A stretch of DNA of 64,000 nucleotides, from positions 16,430,001 through 16,494,000 of the forward strand of contig CM022672.1 of NCBI GenBank assembly GCA_012295275.1, given 5' to 3'. The stretch comes from Chrysomallon squamiferum. Its lineage: Eukaryota > Animalia > Mollusca. The stretch's first letter is position 1. Each line of letters starts with the position of its first letter. Shown piece by piece: positions 13,992-25,666 of this stretch. The notes under the pieces were generated by a model. The model was not told where the DNA came from. It made no database searches and worked only from the letters and a program-made list of their open reading frames with translations. The translations under genes and the position numbers were made by a program.

Positions 13992-14165
13992 AAATAATTT
14001 TTTTAATAATATAAATAATATGATAAAAAAATTGCTTGACACAGAGGGTTTTATCTAGGTTCAGGATTTAAAGCTCTCATTTAAACTAAGGCATTTTTTT
14101 AAATAAAACTATTAATTATGTAACAAAATAAAAAGGAATTAAGATAGTAAAAATGTAATACTTAC

Positions 14166-14238
14166 ATATTCCCTCACATTCTTCGTCCTGACAGCTTTAT
14201 ATGAAGCATAGGCTGGATACAAGGTTCCAAACAGCAGT
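14166..14238 (-). CDS. REEP: REEP exon 2 ([24 protein letters not shown])
   Basis: Signature [19 protein letters not shown]; 73 nt; tttgcag acceptor, gtaagt donor. Confidence 0.97.
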
Positions 14239-15362
14239 CTGCAAACAATATATACATATGGGGCTAAAAATGTCTCCACAGTTAAAAATAACTCTCTTAA
14301 TGTAATCATATTTTGAGGATGAATATGCCAGGTATGCAAAGTTGTAGGTATAGTTTTGAGCTAGACTGATTCAGATAATCTGAAAAACTGAGCAGAAGTT
14401 ATCTCTGTGTTTATGATCATCATCATGGTAATGCTATTTTGAAAATAATGTCAACAGTTTCATCTACTTCATGTAAAAAGTCAAATTTTCCTTCTAGCAA
14501 TTTCTGAAGACTTTTGTCCACAAATAACAATTTTTCTTGAAACTAATGAGCATTTTGGTGATGGATCACAATGGAGAAAATGGCTTGCATCAAAAACACA
14601 TGGCTGCATCTTTTGTTTTGAATGGTACTTTGGGGTCACTGCTGAGAAAAGCAAATCAGTATCAATTATTCAGCCATAATGTTAGTTTATAATATGAAAC
14701 TGTTTTTTAGTTGTGAGTTTATTGGTTTCTGTTTTTATTTTTTGTTATTATTATGGTCTGAGATTAATAAAGTCTTGGTTTATTTTCTTTTAAAGCATTC
14801 TAATGTTTAAATGTACATAAAATTATGTAATCATGAAAGTACTTTTATTTGTAAGATTTTGACAAGGTTCATATAATATTCCTTTGATGCATGCCAGTAT
14901 TCTGAATAAAGATATGACTTAAAAAGAAAACTTATTATGATCAGTTTTTCTGTCTTAATTCTACTACTCATAAAAACTTTAGTTACTATTTTGTGTTCTA
15001 TTCAGTAAAGATTACACATTTTGGAAATCAACTAAATAGATGGGTTTACAGTTTATCTGAGTTAAAAATGTGCAAAGATAAATCCAGAGAGACTGGCGCA
15101 GTAAAAATGTCTTTCCTTCTTTATCAACACACCTGGAGAGGCCTGATCTTGGTTATAATCATTTTTACAATGGAGGTCAAAGATTCCATTGTTCGCAGCT
15201 GAACACTAGTATATCCGAGACATGCAGTGGAGCATCAACATAACATTCATCTAGAGCAATACCAAACTACTATTCAAATTACCTAGGTAACCATACAAAA
15301 CACAGATATTCTATCATCTGCAAATATATTTTACTTAAAGTTGGGTATCATCTACTTTTATT

Positions 15363-15371
<9 letters not shown>

Positions 15372-15416
<45 letters not shown>

Positions 15417-15432
15417 TGTTGTTGTTGTTGTT
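15372..15432. repeat. Compound (TTA)n(GTT)n microsatellite
   Basis: Direct reading. Confidence 0.9.
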
Positions 15433-17690
15433 ATTGATTAAATATCAATGAAAATATTTTTGTTTAGTTTTTTTTAATAATTATCTGGTTTCAACTCTTT
15501 AAGTGCAGATAGTTAAATATTAATAATGTGTTATTTCTTCAATTCTTTTGAGATTATATGCAAAAACAAGACTGGTTAATATGAATTAAATCAGTCAGAT
15601 GATATCTATGAAGGTCAGCTGTTGATTAATTCTGTGTTGCTGACTTCATTAATCTACTTGGTGCTGCCTCTCCAAATGAACAACAAACAGCCAAATGCCA
15701 GCACTGGCTGCAGCACCAAGAAACTATATTAACAGACATGAACCCAATCAAAATAAAACAACTTTCCACTGGAAGCAAGTAATACCATGAATACAGTATG
15801 CTTCTAAAACTGAAACTTAAACCCCTTTTATCCAACAATTAGAAAATTAATGAAAATCCTTCTTCTTTCTTTGTCTTGTTCTTTTTTTTTTTAAATTGAC
15901 TTCTCTGTAATTATTCTTGATTAATGAATTATATCATGAACATATATTACATTCACAATTATGTTCATAAATTGGAAACATCAAAATACTGATACTGAGC
16001 AAACGTTTGAGGAAATGCAAACAGCAGCCATTACATTCCTAATCTCATGGATGACACCATAGAAAAATATGAAACGAACCACACTGCAACTAACTAGTCA
16101 TATTTTAACACAGTTCACAACAAAATATTTCTTTAAATATACCACAACAAAGTACTACAACTGCTTGTCTGTCCACATGGGCAACGAAAAAGTTCCTTCA
16201 CAACTGATGCCAGGTTTGTGAACTCATTTTGATCCTGTTTTCTTCATTTGGTGGCCTGGATGCCAACAGATAATGCAGGTAGAATTTCACCAGCAACAAC
16301 CTCCAACATTCACTGGAGCATGTACCAGAAAGCTTCAACAGCAGGAACTAAGAAAGTGGGAAAACATCTGTTTTCCATGGCAACTAACTGGCACCAGATA
16401 AAAGAGCTATTTGGCACAGGTACAAACAAAATTAGACAAAGAGGTATACAACAACATCAACTTGTATACCTAAAAACAAGTTAAAAAACCATCTATGTTG
16501 TCATAATAATAAATCTCATTGTTTAATTTATTAACATAAACATTAAGCCTGCGAGCTTTTATTTAAAACTGTTCAAAATTTCAATCGAGTTATAAATATA
16601 CTTCTACACACCAAAGAGCCAATATTTACTACAAAACAATACATTTTATAAACCTAGAGAAAAGGTGTCAGGTAATTATACCGTGATGACAAATCCATTT
16701 TACTAATATTAGCCATTACACAATTTATTGACACTACATTTAGTTACAAATTACATTTCAAATCCAGAAAAAAAGTACACTGAATTGACAAGTGCATTAA
16801 TCAAATTAAATGTTAAAGTTCAGATTACTGATTTATTAGTGCTGATAGCGAAGTGTTCAAAGTGCAGAAAGTAAATAAAATGCTTAATTTAATTTCATAC
16901 TACTTATTAAGTTATTAATATGACGTTACAGTATACACATACACTAAAAATTTACAATGGTGTTTTTTTCAGTATAGCAATACAAACGGGAAAAATAAAG
17001 AATATGTTTACTGGGCTAATATAAATCTAGAATGCAAATCTTGTTTCATATACTTAGCACCAGTAACAAATGATCACAACAGTGTCCAGTTCTATTTCAC
17101 TTACTCGGAGGATAATGCTTTTGTTTTGGATTATTCTTTTACTTGTCACTAAATTAATACTGTATATTTCATCCCATTAAGTGCAATTAATTACATAACA
17201 ATGAACTACTGCCATTAATGTTGTGAGACACAATCTATACATTTAGCCCCATTAATTAATTGACAGGAGTACACAAACAAAACAATAAAAATAAAAATAA
17301 TAAATAAATAAACAAATAAATAAATAAATAAATAAATAATAAACCAACAAATACTCTGATGAATTTTTTTTGTTTGTTTTTAACTTATTTTATATTTTTA
17401 TATCACTGCCGCTGTTATATTTATATATATATATATATATAAAAAAATAAAAAAGGCTGATGTTGCACTCTAAATTTGGTCGTTGTAATGTAATTCAACA
17501 AAAGAAAACACTATGGATTTAACCATGTTTTAAATTAGAATTCTAGTTTAACTATTTTATTTTTAAAGACTTAATTAAAAATGCTTTTCTGGTTCTAATG
17601 CAGATGGCTGATATGTAAAAACTGAAATAAATTAACTTTTTGACCTCTGGACTAATTTAGGATAAAAAAATCATTTAGTATGATTATTAT

Positions 17691-17756
17691 TACTCACCAA
17701 TTTTGAATGATTTCTTATATTATATATATAAGAAAATCATTCACAATTGGTGAGTA
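17691..17756. repeat. Near-perfect ~30-bp inverted repeat (hairpin or MITE-like remnant)
   Basis: tactcaccaattttgaatgatttcttatat ... atataagaaaatcattcacaattggtgagta; 1 mismatch plus 1 indel. Confidence 0.85.
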
Positions 17757-18535
17757 TATATATATATATGATTTTTAATATAAATGATTCAAACAAGAAT
17801 AGATAAGAACAATGTTCAAAATTGTTTATAATTTTTACAATATTTTAGAACAATTAATGTTTAAAAACAGGTAAAAACATAAAAATAAAATGATAATAAC
17901 AATATATATATACACACACACACACACACACGTGACAATATTTCACAGCTTATGTTATAGAACATATTTTGCCCAATGTCATGCTTGTCATTTAGTGCAA
18001 TCAGTTATTAAAATTTCAAATATCAGTGCACATGTATATTCACATTAGTTCAATTAAATTGGTTTTCAACAGAAGTTTTACTTAATATATCTTTCAGATT
18101 TTTTCTAACCAATCTGTTGATACAAAAACAAAAATGAGTGAACACTTAGTTAAGAAAATCTGCGTAATTTTTACTTTTTTAAAAGGCAAGTCCATAGAAG
18201 ATGACTTACATCCCTACCATTATCATGATTAAATGATTATACAAGTTGAACAGTGAAAGAAGTTTTTTAAAAATTAAATAAACTGCAGTATAAATACTAT
18301 AAGAATACGTTGTCGCTATAATCGTTCCATAAGTCTATAATTAAATAAAACGTTTATTATTATTTTTTTTTATTTTTTAAATTTTCGTCCAAATACTTCC
18401 ATTTTTGACAGTAATGAATCAACATACACAACCTCAATTTGGAGTCGATCTCATAGATCTGGATTTGTTTAACTGCTTCGTGATAATATTATACATCCTA
18501 TTGTATAAATAAGTAGTATTAAAGAATACACTCAC

Positions 18536-18567
18536 ATAATTAGACGAGATATGATAGCCAAAATCAT
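18536..18567 (-). CDS. REEP: REEP first coding exon (MILAIISRLI)
   Basis: ATG at 18567; resembles MVSWIISRLVV of REEP1-4; 32 coding nt then gtgagt; phase 2 matches exon 2. Confidence 0.9.
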
Positions 18568-18569
18568 TC

Positions 18570-19465
18570 TGCTAACAGGAAAGATATTCAAACGTCTTGT
18601 AAAACCATCTAATAATTCGATAAATTCAAATGTTTTATGAAATTATTTGTACCACTCGATTCAATTTCCTCGGCGGCCATTACCCTTACGTCACTAACTC
18701 AGAATCACGTGATCAAAACATAAAGCATGTGCCCGCGTGCGCATTATTAATACCCATGTATAACGGTACAGTTTAAAGTCAAATATTTTAATGGGAAATT
18801 ATTTTGGTAAAAGTATAAATATATAAACTAAAATCCAATAATAACAAAATTATGAATTTATTTGGAACCAAAATCCTTTCCAACTGACCTCTATATGTTA
18901 CAACGCTCACAAAAAAGTGTGTTTGGGTTGTGAATTACATGGGAAGATTATTTCTTTCACTGTTTGAGTGTTTCAGCTGTTTAATTTCAGACAACAAAGT
19001 TTAATACATTCAAAAAGTCGACGTTGTTACAAATTTATTCTGTTAGTTAATGGGAATAAACATACTGCTCCAAATTTGTAGAGAAAAATGAAATATATCC
19101 TAAGTCATTTAGTAAGTGAGGTTGTAGAGAGTTACTTGTGGCCTTTTTGAGCAAATAGAAAACTGTACCATATATATTTACGTTTTCACAGATTTTAACA
19201 TATTGCTTATTTGCTATCGATATGTATGCCGAAAATTACTTGAAAAGTACGTTCGTTTTTGAAAAATATTTAAAATTATATGGGACTATTTTCTTGCAGG
19301 CGGACGCACACTGATCATTTGACCTTTTGACCCACCAGATGTCAAATTAATGTTATGTATTCCTCCTCAGCGTAATCAGAGTGCAGACATTCCAGTGGAA
19401 TTTGTCTGAAGTTTTTAGCCAAATTTTGTGTGAAATGCGACAAAAATGGATACTTGAATGAAGAT
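18570..19465. promoter_or_regulatory. Bidirectional promoter / 5' UTR region shared by REEP (-) and JMJD1C (+)
   Basis: Lies between divergent start codons 899 bp apart; CpG retained; YY1-like cggcggccat 18671-18680, CRE-like ttacgtca 18686-18693, E-box atcacgtgat 18704-18713, NRF1-like cgcgtgcgca 18734-18743, DRE tatcgata 19215-19222, DR2 tgacct-tt-tgaccc 19320-19333. Confidence 0.8.
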
Positions 19466-19627
19466 ATGACGCTTAAATGCAGAGAAGAGCTTGTAGGAAA
19501 GAGATTTTTGTCAGTTAGAAGTCAAGGAAAACTAAAACTCAGTAAAATTACGGATTGGGAATGGCGGTCTGGTGTGATACGTGCTGTTTCACCAACACAT
19601 CGAGATGTTACTAGTTCTGATTTAACG
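19466..19627 (+). CDS. JMJD1C: JMJD1C/KDM3-family histone demethylase, exon 1 (MTLKCREELVGKRFLSV...WRSGVIRAVS..HRD....DLT)
   Basis: Strong match to the human JMJD1C N-terminus (RAELVGKRFL...WRAGVIRAVSHRD...DL); ACG|gtgagc donor, phase 0. Confidence 0.93.
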
Positions 19628-20752
19628 GTGAGCGTTGAATTTTATGATACTTTGATATATTTATATTTAATGTTTTCTAAAAAATATAAAACTATAATGT
19701 TTACTTCTGTTCTGTTAACAAACTGGATAAGTAGTTATATACTCTGGAGTCGGTCAAATGTTCATTCTGACAAGCTCGTTGGTGCCCCAGAAAGGATCAC
19801 TCTTGTATTTACGCGTAGCTTTACGAACAAACTGAACCGGGGTAGATTTTTATTCTTTTTAAAGTTATATCTCTGTGACTCTGTTAATCCTTAGGGTAGT
19901 TAGTAGCATAACCGTTTGAAATGGTGACGACGACCTTGACTATTTTGCCGTTTCCTTGTTCATGGATTGCCACGTTGTTGGCATGTTTTTGTTACCACTG
20001 CTATTGAATTTAGAGAGTGGTTTGTAATACTGGAATTCTGCAATGATTTTTGTAAGAATTGAAGCTGAAATGATTACACTTTTCAAAGACAGGAAATGTA
20101 ATATTTCGTTATTGTAAAAATAAAATAAATTTAATATTTGAATTTTGAATTAAGAGCATCAAGACAATCATTTTGCTACGAAAACAATACAAGATTTTGT
20201 CTAATAAAGTGATATTAAAGTAATTACAAGAGAAGTTTTTTGTCTTTAGCAGTTTGAGCAAATGAAATTCGGATGAAAATAAAATCTGGTATTTTATTAG
20301 ATAAAGTTTTTGGGGGGAGTTCTTTTTAAGCAAATAAAACATTGTAATATGTCTGTTTATGTTTTCAGAGGTTATATTTATCTGTTAATCAGTTATGACA
20401 GTTTATACTTTTCATAGCATACACTACAGCAGTGAGTTTCAAATCCACACTGTCAAAAACACATTTGGAAATAAATATTGATGATATACTTTGAAATTCA
20501 CTGGTCTTATTTCAGTTAAATTTTATCATTTTTATGTAACAAAGCCATTTTGTAAATTCTGAAATAGCATAAACCATATTTAAAAAAGAAACTGAAAATG
20601 AGTATTTATTCATTTCATAAGAAATATTAAAAACCCCCACCAAACAACGGAAAATTCATTGCATCTTAGTTCCTATCTGAATACATTTAATGTTTTGGTT
20701 TAGAAATACTTTGTTACATACCAAATCTATAAGTTTGGTCATTAAAACTCTT

Positions 20753-20785
<33 letters not shown>

Positions 20786-23700
20786 CCCTCTCACTCCAAA
20801 TACTTTTATTGTACAGAAAAATAGTTTTTTTTGTGCAGAATGTTTACAGGTTATAGGAAATATAAATTTACATTTGCTCAGTCTAATATTTAAAAAAAAT
20901 AACAAAACAAAACATTTAGAAAATAAAAAGACAATAACATGAAAAGGAAGGCTCAGTTTCCAGAATGCACTAATAATACAATTAAAATAATATACTACTA
21001 ACAATTGACAATGATTATTAGTAACACCTTTTTTAATGTTTAAATATCAGTTGAAATAAACAAGAGAAATTATTTCTTTTTAGTTCGTTATTGTAATGAT
21101 ATTATTTTCTCCTCTTCTTTTTTTTTTTTTTTTTTTTTTTTTTTTGAAGTTTATAATTTACTAACAACTCATTCGTCTATGCAAGTACGTGTACTGTATA
21201 TTGTATATTTTATATTTTAAGTGACTTTCTTTTAAAGTTGTATTTCTGCATATCACAAACAAATATGAACCAAAATTTCAAAGCAAAAAGAAAGTATTCA
21301 CAACATTAATATTTTGGTTGTATCAAAAACTATTTCTTTCAGAAACCTTTTATTATAATATATTAGATATGTTATCAGAGGGAACCATTGTATGAAAGGA
21401 AACTCCTGTAAAAGTTCCATCTGTAGCTGAATAATATCATTATTACATTTCAGCTATTTTATTACCAAGAGTAAATAAATACAGCTACATAGTCTGTGAG
21501 GAATGATGGAATATTTTTTAAAAAGTGTTAATTTTATTTTCAAAGCAGGTTGTAAGGCAGTGGTGAATAATATTAAGAACTTTTGAACTGGAAGAAAGTA
21601 TTAGTTTCATTAGTCTATAATTTCAACATTTTACTTCATTAGTGACCTGTTAAAATAAACCTATCATTTTGTTTAGTAAGTCAGTATTCTCTTATAAAAT
21701 TTATAAATTGCATACATTTCTTTGTAAAATATTCAAAGGATTATTTTTCATTAATAAAATACATAACTGGTTAAAAAAAATTTTTTATATAATTTATAAG
21801 CAATATGATATATACATATATATATATGTTTTCTTTATTGTTTTTTTTTTTCCCTGATGTCATTGTGCAGAATATGTAAATCTGACTATCTAATTTTGGG
21901 AATAAGAAATGTAGAATTTTGTTTAGCACAATTTTTGACATTACAAAACAACACAAATATTTTCCTAAAATAAAATAATATGCACTTTAGTCAGGTATAA
22001 ATAACAATATGTGAGGTCTTAACCTCTAAATAAATTAAATCTTGTGTCTGTATATACAAGATAAAAATAGGACAACTCTTTTTTTTTTTAATGCTACAAA
22101 ATTCTGCTTTATTAGGTAATATATATGTATTAGTCAAATAACAAAATTAATTTTTTGTTGGGGTTAAAAAGTTTTTAATGTGTAATGTAAATGGTTTTGA
22201 TGAATAATGTTCAGAAATGTGTGTGTGTGTGTTTGTTTGTCTCAGTTTATTTGAATAAAATTCCAAAATTATTACAGTATATAACATTGCACACTAAGTG
22301 TTAAAGGCTTGGAGGTTTTTCACAGTTACATGAAGAATATGACATGTACATAACATTGTACATTATTAGAGAACATTTGACTTTTAACCTGTAATGGCAT
22401 CAAGAAATCGTTTTCTTTTATGATTACAATTTTTATTTACTTTTTATTTTCGTTCCAGTTTTCTCATTCTTCAGATTATACAATAAAATCAATCATCGAT
22501 GTGTTTGTCACTGATAAAATTTAGTGGGCCAGTTTAAGCAATCAAAGACATCTATATGGACAAGGAAAAAACTTTGTGAATGAACACGTTGATTTAGATC
22601 TTGCCTTTCTAAAATCACTATTATAAATGATAATGTTTAAAACAATTAAATATAGCTTAATAAGATAAAAAACAATCACTATATTGGAAACAAATAATTT
22701 CTCCAAATATTGGTTTCTAAATAACCAGTTTTTATTATTCTGCTGATTATTAAAAGAATAATAATAATAAAAATACTTTAAAAAATGATAACAGACAAAT
22801 AAAAGAAAAACAAATCCGTATAGCTTTACAAACAATTAACTTTGCTATATTATTTCAGGCCAAAGAAACTATCCTAAAATAAAATGCCATCTAAACAGCA
22901 GAATACTGCTTCAAAATGTTAAAATGTATTGTGTCCTAGACTACTGACAGATCAAATTAGTTTTAAAATTTTAGGTTACAGTAATTAAAACATTTATAGG
23001 TGAATTTATTGTATGTAGCCAGGTAGTTCTTTGAAAATTAAAATGTGAATTATTTCAGAATTTTTGAAATAATTGACATTTAATCAGTTTGTTAGAAACT
23101 TGATTTATGTGCAGATACATATTTTGAAATATCACTTGTATATATATATATGTGTGTGTGTGTATATATATATATATTGTTGTTATTATCATTTGAAATA
23201 AACATAATTTATAGTTTGTATTATATGTGTAAATACTGTAAATAAATGATTGATTTAGCCCAATTTAAAATCCTTGATGAAAGGCTGTAAATAGCATTGC
23301 ATAGCCTATTCTTTTTTAGAATGAGCTAAAACCATAATTGCACAAAATATACTTTATCCCCAGATAATTCACATTTTAGATTTAAAAGAATGTTAACCTG
23401 TGATTTTGTTGGCCATTGCACATCCTTTCAGTGACAAATGTATAACACAAATAAGATCAAAATTCCTCAATAGTGATGCATCCAACAGGACTTAGGCCAT
23501 TTTGTGCACATTTATTGAGCACATAATTATTGGATAATATCTCCTTTTATAAAATGTGGAAAGCAGGCACAGGTCTGGATAATAAGAATAATGAAAACCT
23601 AGCAGCTTAAAATCAATTCAAACCAGCCTGGAATAAGCTAGCTCACTGTTGTGGAGTGAATTTTGCATATGACCTGTTTTCAAGCATACAGCTGGAAACA

Positions 23701-24686
23701 GCTGGCAGATAGCCAATAACATAAACAAGGTACAACACATGTTTAGATAAACAGGTCAAATCTCTAAATGGATTGCAGCACCATAACAACTTGGTAAACC
23801 ACACTATTTTACTTTAAACAAAAATATCACATGGAGAGTGCAAGAATGAAAAACAAGTCTGAACATTAAAAAAAAAAAAAAAAAAATTTTATTATTCTTT
23901 ATTTTTATTTTTTATATTTATAACAGTATTTCATTATATTAAAAAAGTTGCTGATTTAAAAAAAAAATTTTAATGTCTTTTAATTGTACTAATTTGTATA
24001 TATTGATCCTGGTACACACAAGGCTTCTATTTTTTAGAAATGGTGTTTGGGTATTATGTTTACGATGTTACAGAAATTTAACTGATCAGAAATTGATTTT
24101 TGACACTTTGGTTTACCATAACTGTAAATTCTTTAAATTTAATTTTTTAAAGAAAAAACCATTTAATTCTGGTTTCTTTAACAAAACAAATTTTAGTGCA
24201 CTGTATAAAATTCAGAAACCTTTGATAACTGCCAGAAATATAATCAAGGTGTCAGTAAATTCCTTGTGCAATCTGACAGTTTTATTGCTTTAATTATATA
24301 TTTAGGATTGGAAATAAATTGGTTTTTACAAACTTGGCTATTTTATTGTTGTGTTTTTTTATAGTAATTTCCAGATCATTCTTCATTATGGCAGCAATTT
24401 AAAAAAACTTAGTTTTTATCTAAATTGTAATTATTAAAATACATAGGCCTATTTAAACAGTCTTGGTTTTACATGTATTTTGTCATGTTACCAGAATAAT
24501 TTGAAAAGTTCATGACAATTTCCTAGTATTTGCAACATTTTTGCATTCAAGGGTTTCAAACATGAAAAAATAAGAAGGGTCTCATAGAATTCTTTATTTA
24601 TGGCCATGATCTGCAGTTACAGGATATTTGGTCCAAGTTGCATTTAACTTTTTTAAAACAGAGAATATGTTTTGATAAATCATACT

Positions 24687-24688
<2 letters not shown>

Positions 24689-24729
<41 letters not shown>
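24689..24729. repeat. (TG)n microsatellite
   Basis: Direct reading. Confidence 0.95.
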
Positions 24730-24730
<1 letters not shown>

Positions 24731-25513
24731 ATAATAATCTTTCAGTTTAAAAGATAGCATTACTGTTAATATTTTCCTTTCACATAGTCTATAATTTATT
24801 ACTTAAATTACTAAATTATTTTGTTAATGGATATTGTCAGGCAATGCTGCAAATAAATGTATTGGAAGTCAGCATTTTAACAATAATTCATGCAAAAGTT
24901 TTTGAATATGATTTAATATATTCTTTTATCTGATACATATATTATGGTAAAATATGCTATTTATTACAATATATTGGAACGTTTATGTTGTCAGAGACAG
25001 TCATTTATTTTCATAGTACTTCTAATCTTATGCTATTAATTAAAATAATTATGTGATCATGGAGATAAAAAGAAAACGATAAAATTCTGCTTGTCATAAA
25101 CAAATTTTGATGAATATTTTTATTTTTATTTTAAAAAATGTTTGCTATATGTTAATCATTATCATGAAGTTTCTAACTGTCAGATAGATACACATATATA
25201 TAATGTGTATTTATTAAATATTTTGATGATAGTCCTGGCCTGTTCTGTATCAGATAAAAATCAAAAACAGCTGTCTTATTAATGTCTGTAATAAAGGATA
25301 TGTGCTATGCTGCTGCATCACAAGGCAGTTTATTTATAGATCATAACAACCTTTACCTTGTTACAACACAGATGCTTTTAAGCCTAGCCATTCTTATCCT
25401 GTTTGTGTTGTATCATGTTCACATTTTTCATCTCATTTAATCAATACTGAGATTGGTAGTTAACAGATTTGGGTATCACCAACAGCTTTATCTTGAATAT
25501 TGTTTTGTTCCAG

Positions 25514-25666
25514 ATTTTGGTTGAATTTGATGATCGTGATTGGCAGAAACGTGAATGGATTAAAGTGCACCATCTTTATCAAGTGTTTTTAGTGGAACAC
25601 ACTCTGGTCTGGCTCCAGCAACCAGACTCCAATCAGTCTCCAAGTCACCTGACCTGGCCAGCTTTG
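25514..25666 (+). CDS. JMJD1C: JMJD1C exon 2 (ILVEFDDRDWQKREWIKV...FLVEHTLVW...WPAL)
   Basis: Matches JMJD1C VEFDDLEWDKREWVKV...FLVE..L.W...WPAL; ttccag / gtaagt; 153 nt. Confidence 0.95.

Noticed and set aside
14239-14339. ORF extension upstream of REEP exon 2 as an alternative N-terminus
   Set aside because: Starts at a non-ATG codon in intronic sequence; the true exon 1 at 18536-18567 fits by phase and homology
16140-16484. GC-richer block with a 78-aa ORF in REEP intron 1
   Set aside because: No recognisable protein motif or splice-consistent frame; more likely regulatory (contains an X-box)
17099-17150. Strong minus-strand donor CGA|gtaagt in REEP intron 1
   Set aside because: No open ATG-initiated frame joins exon 2 in phase; at best a non-coding exon and unsupported
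19628-19894. C-terminal part of the 154-aa ORF
   Set aside because: Read-through of intron 1 past the gtgagc donor; JMJD1C homology resumes at 25514
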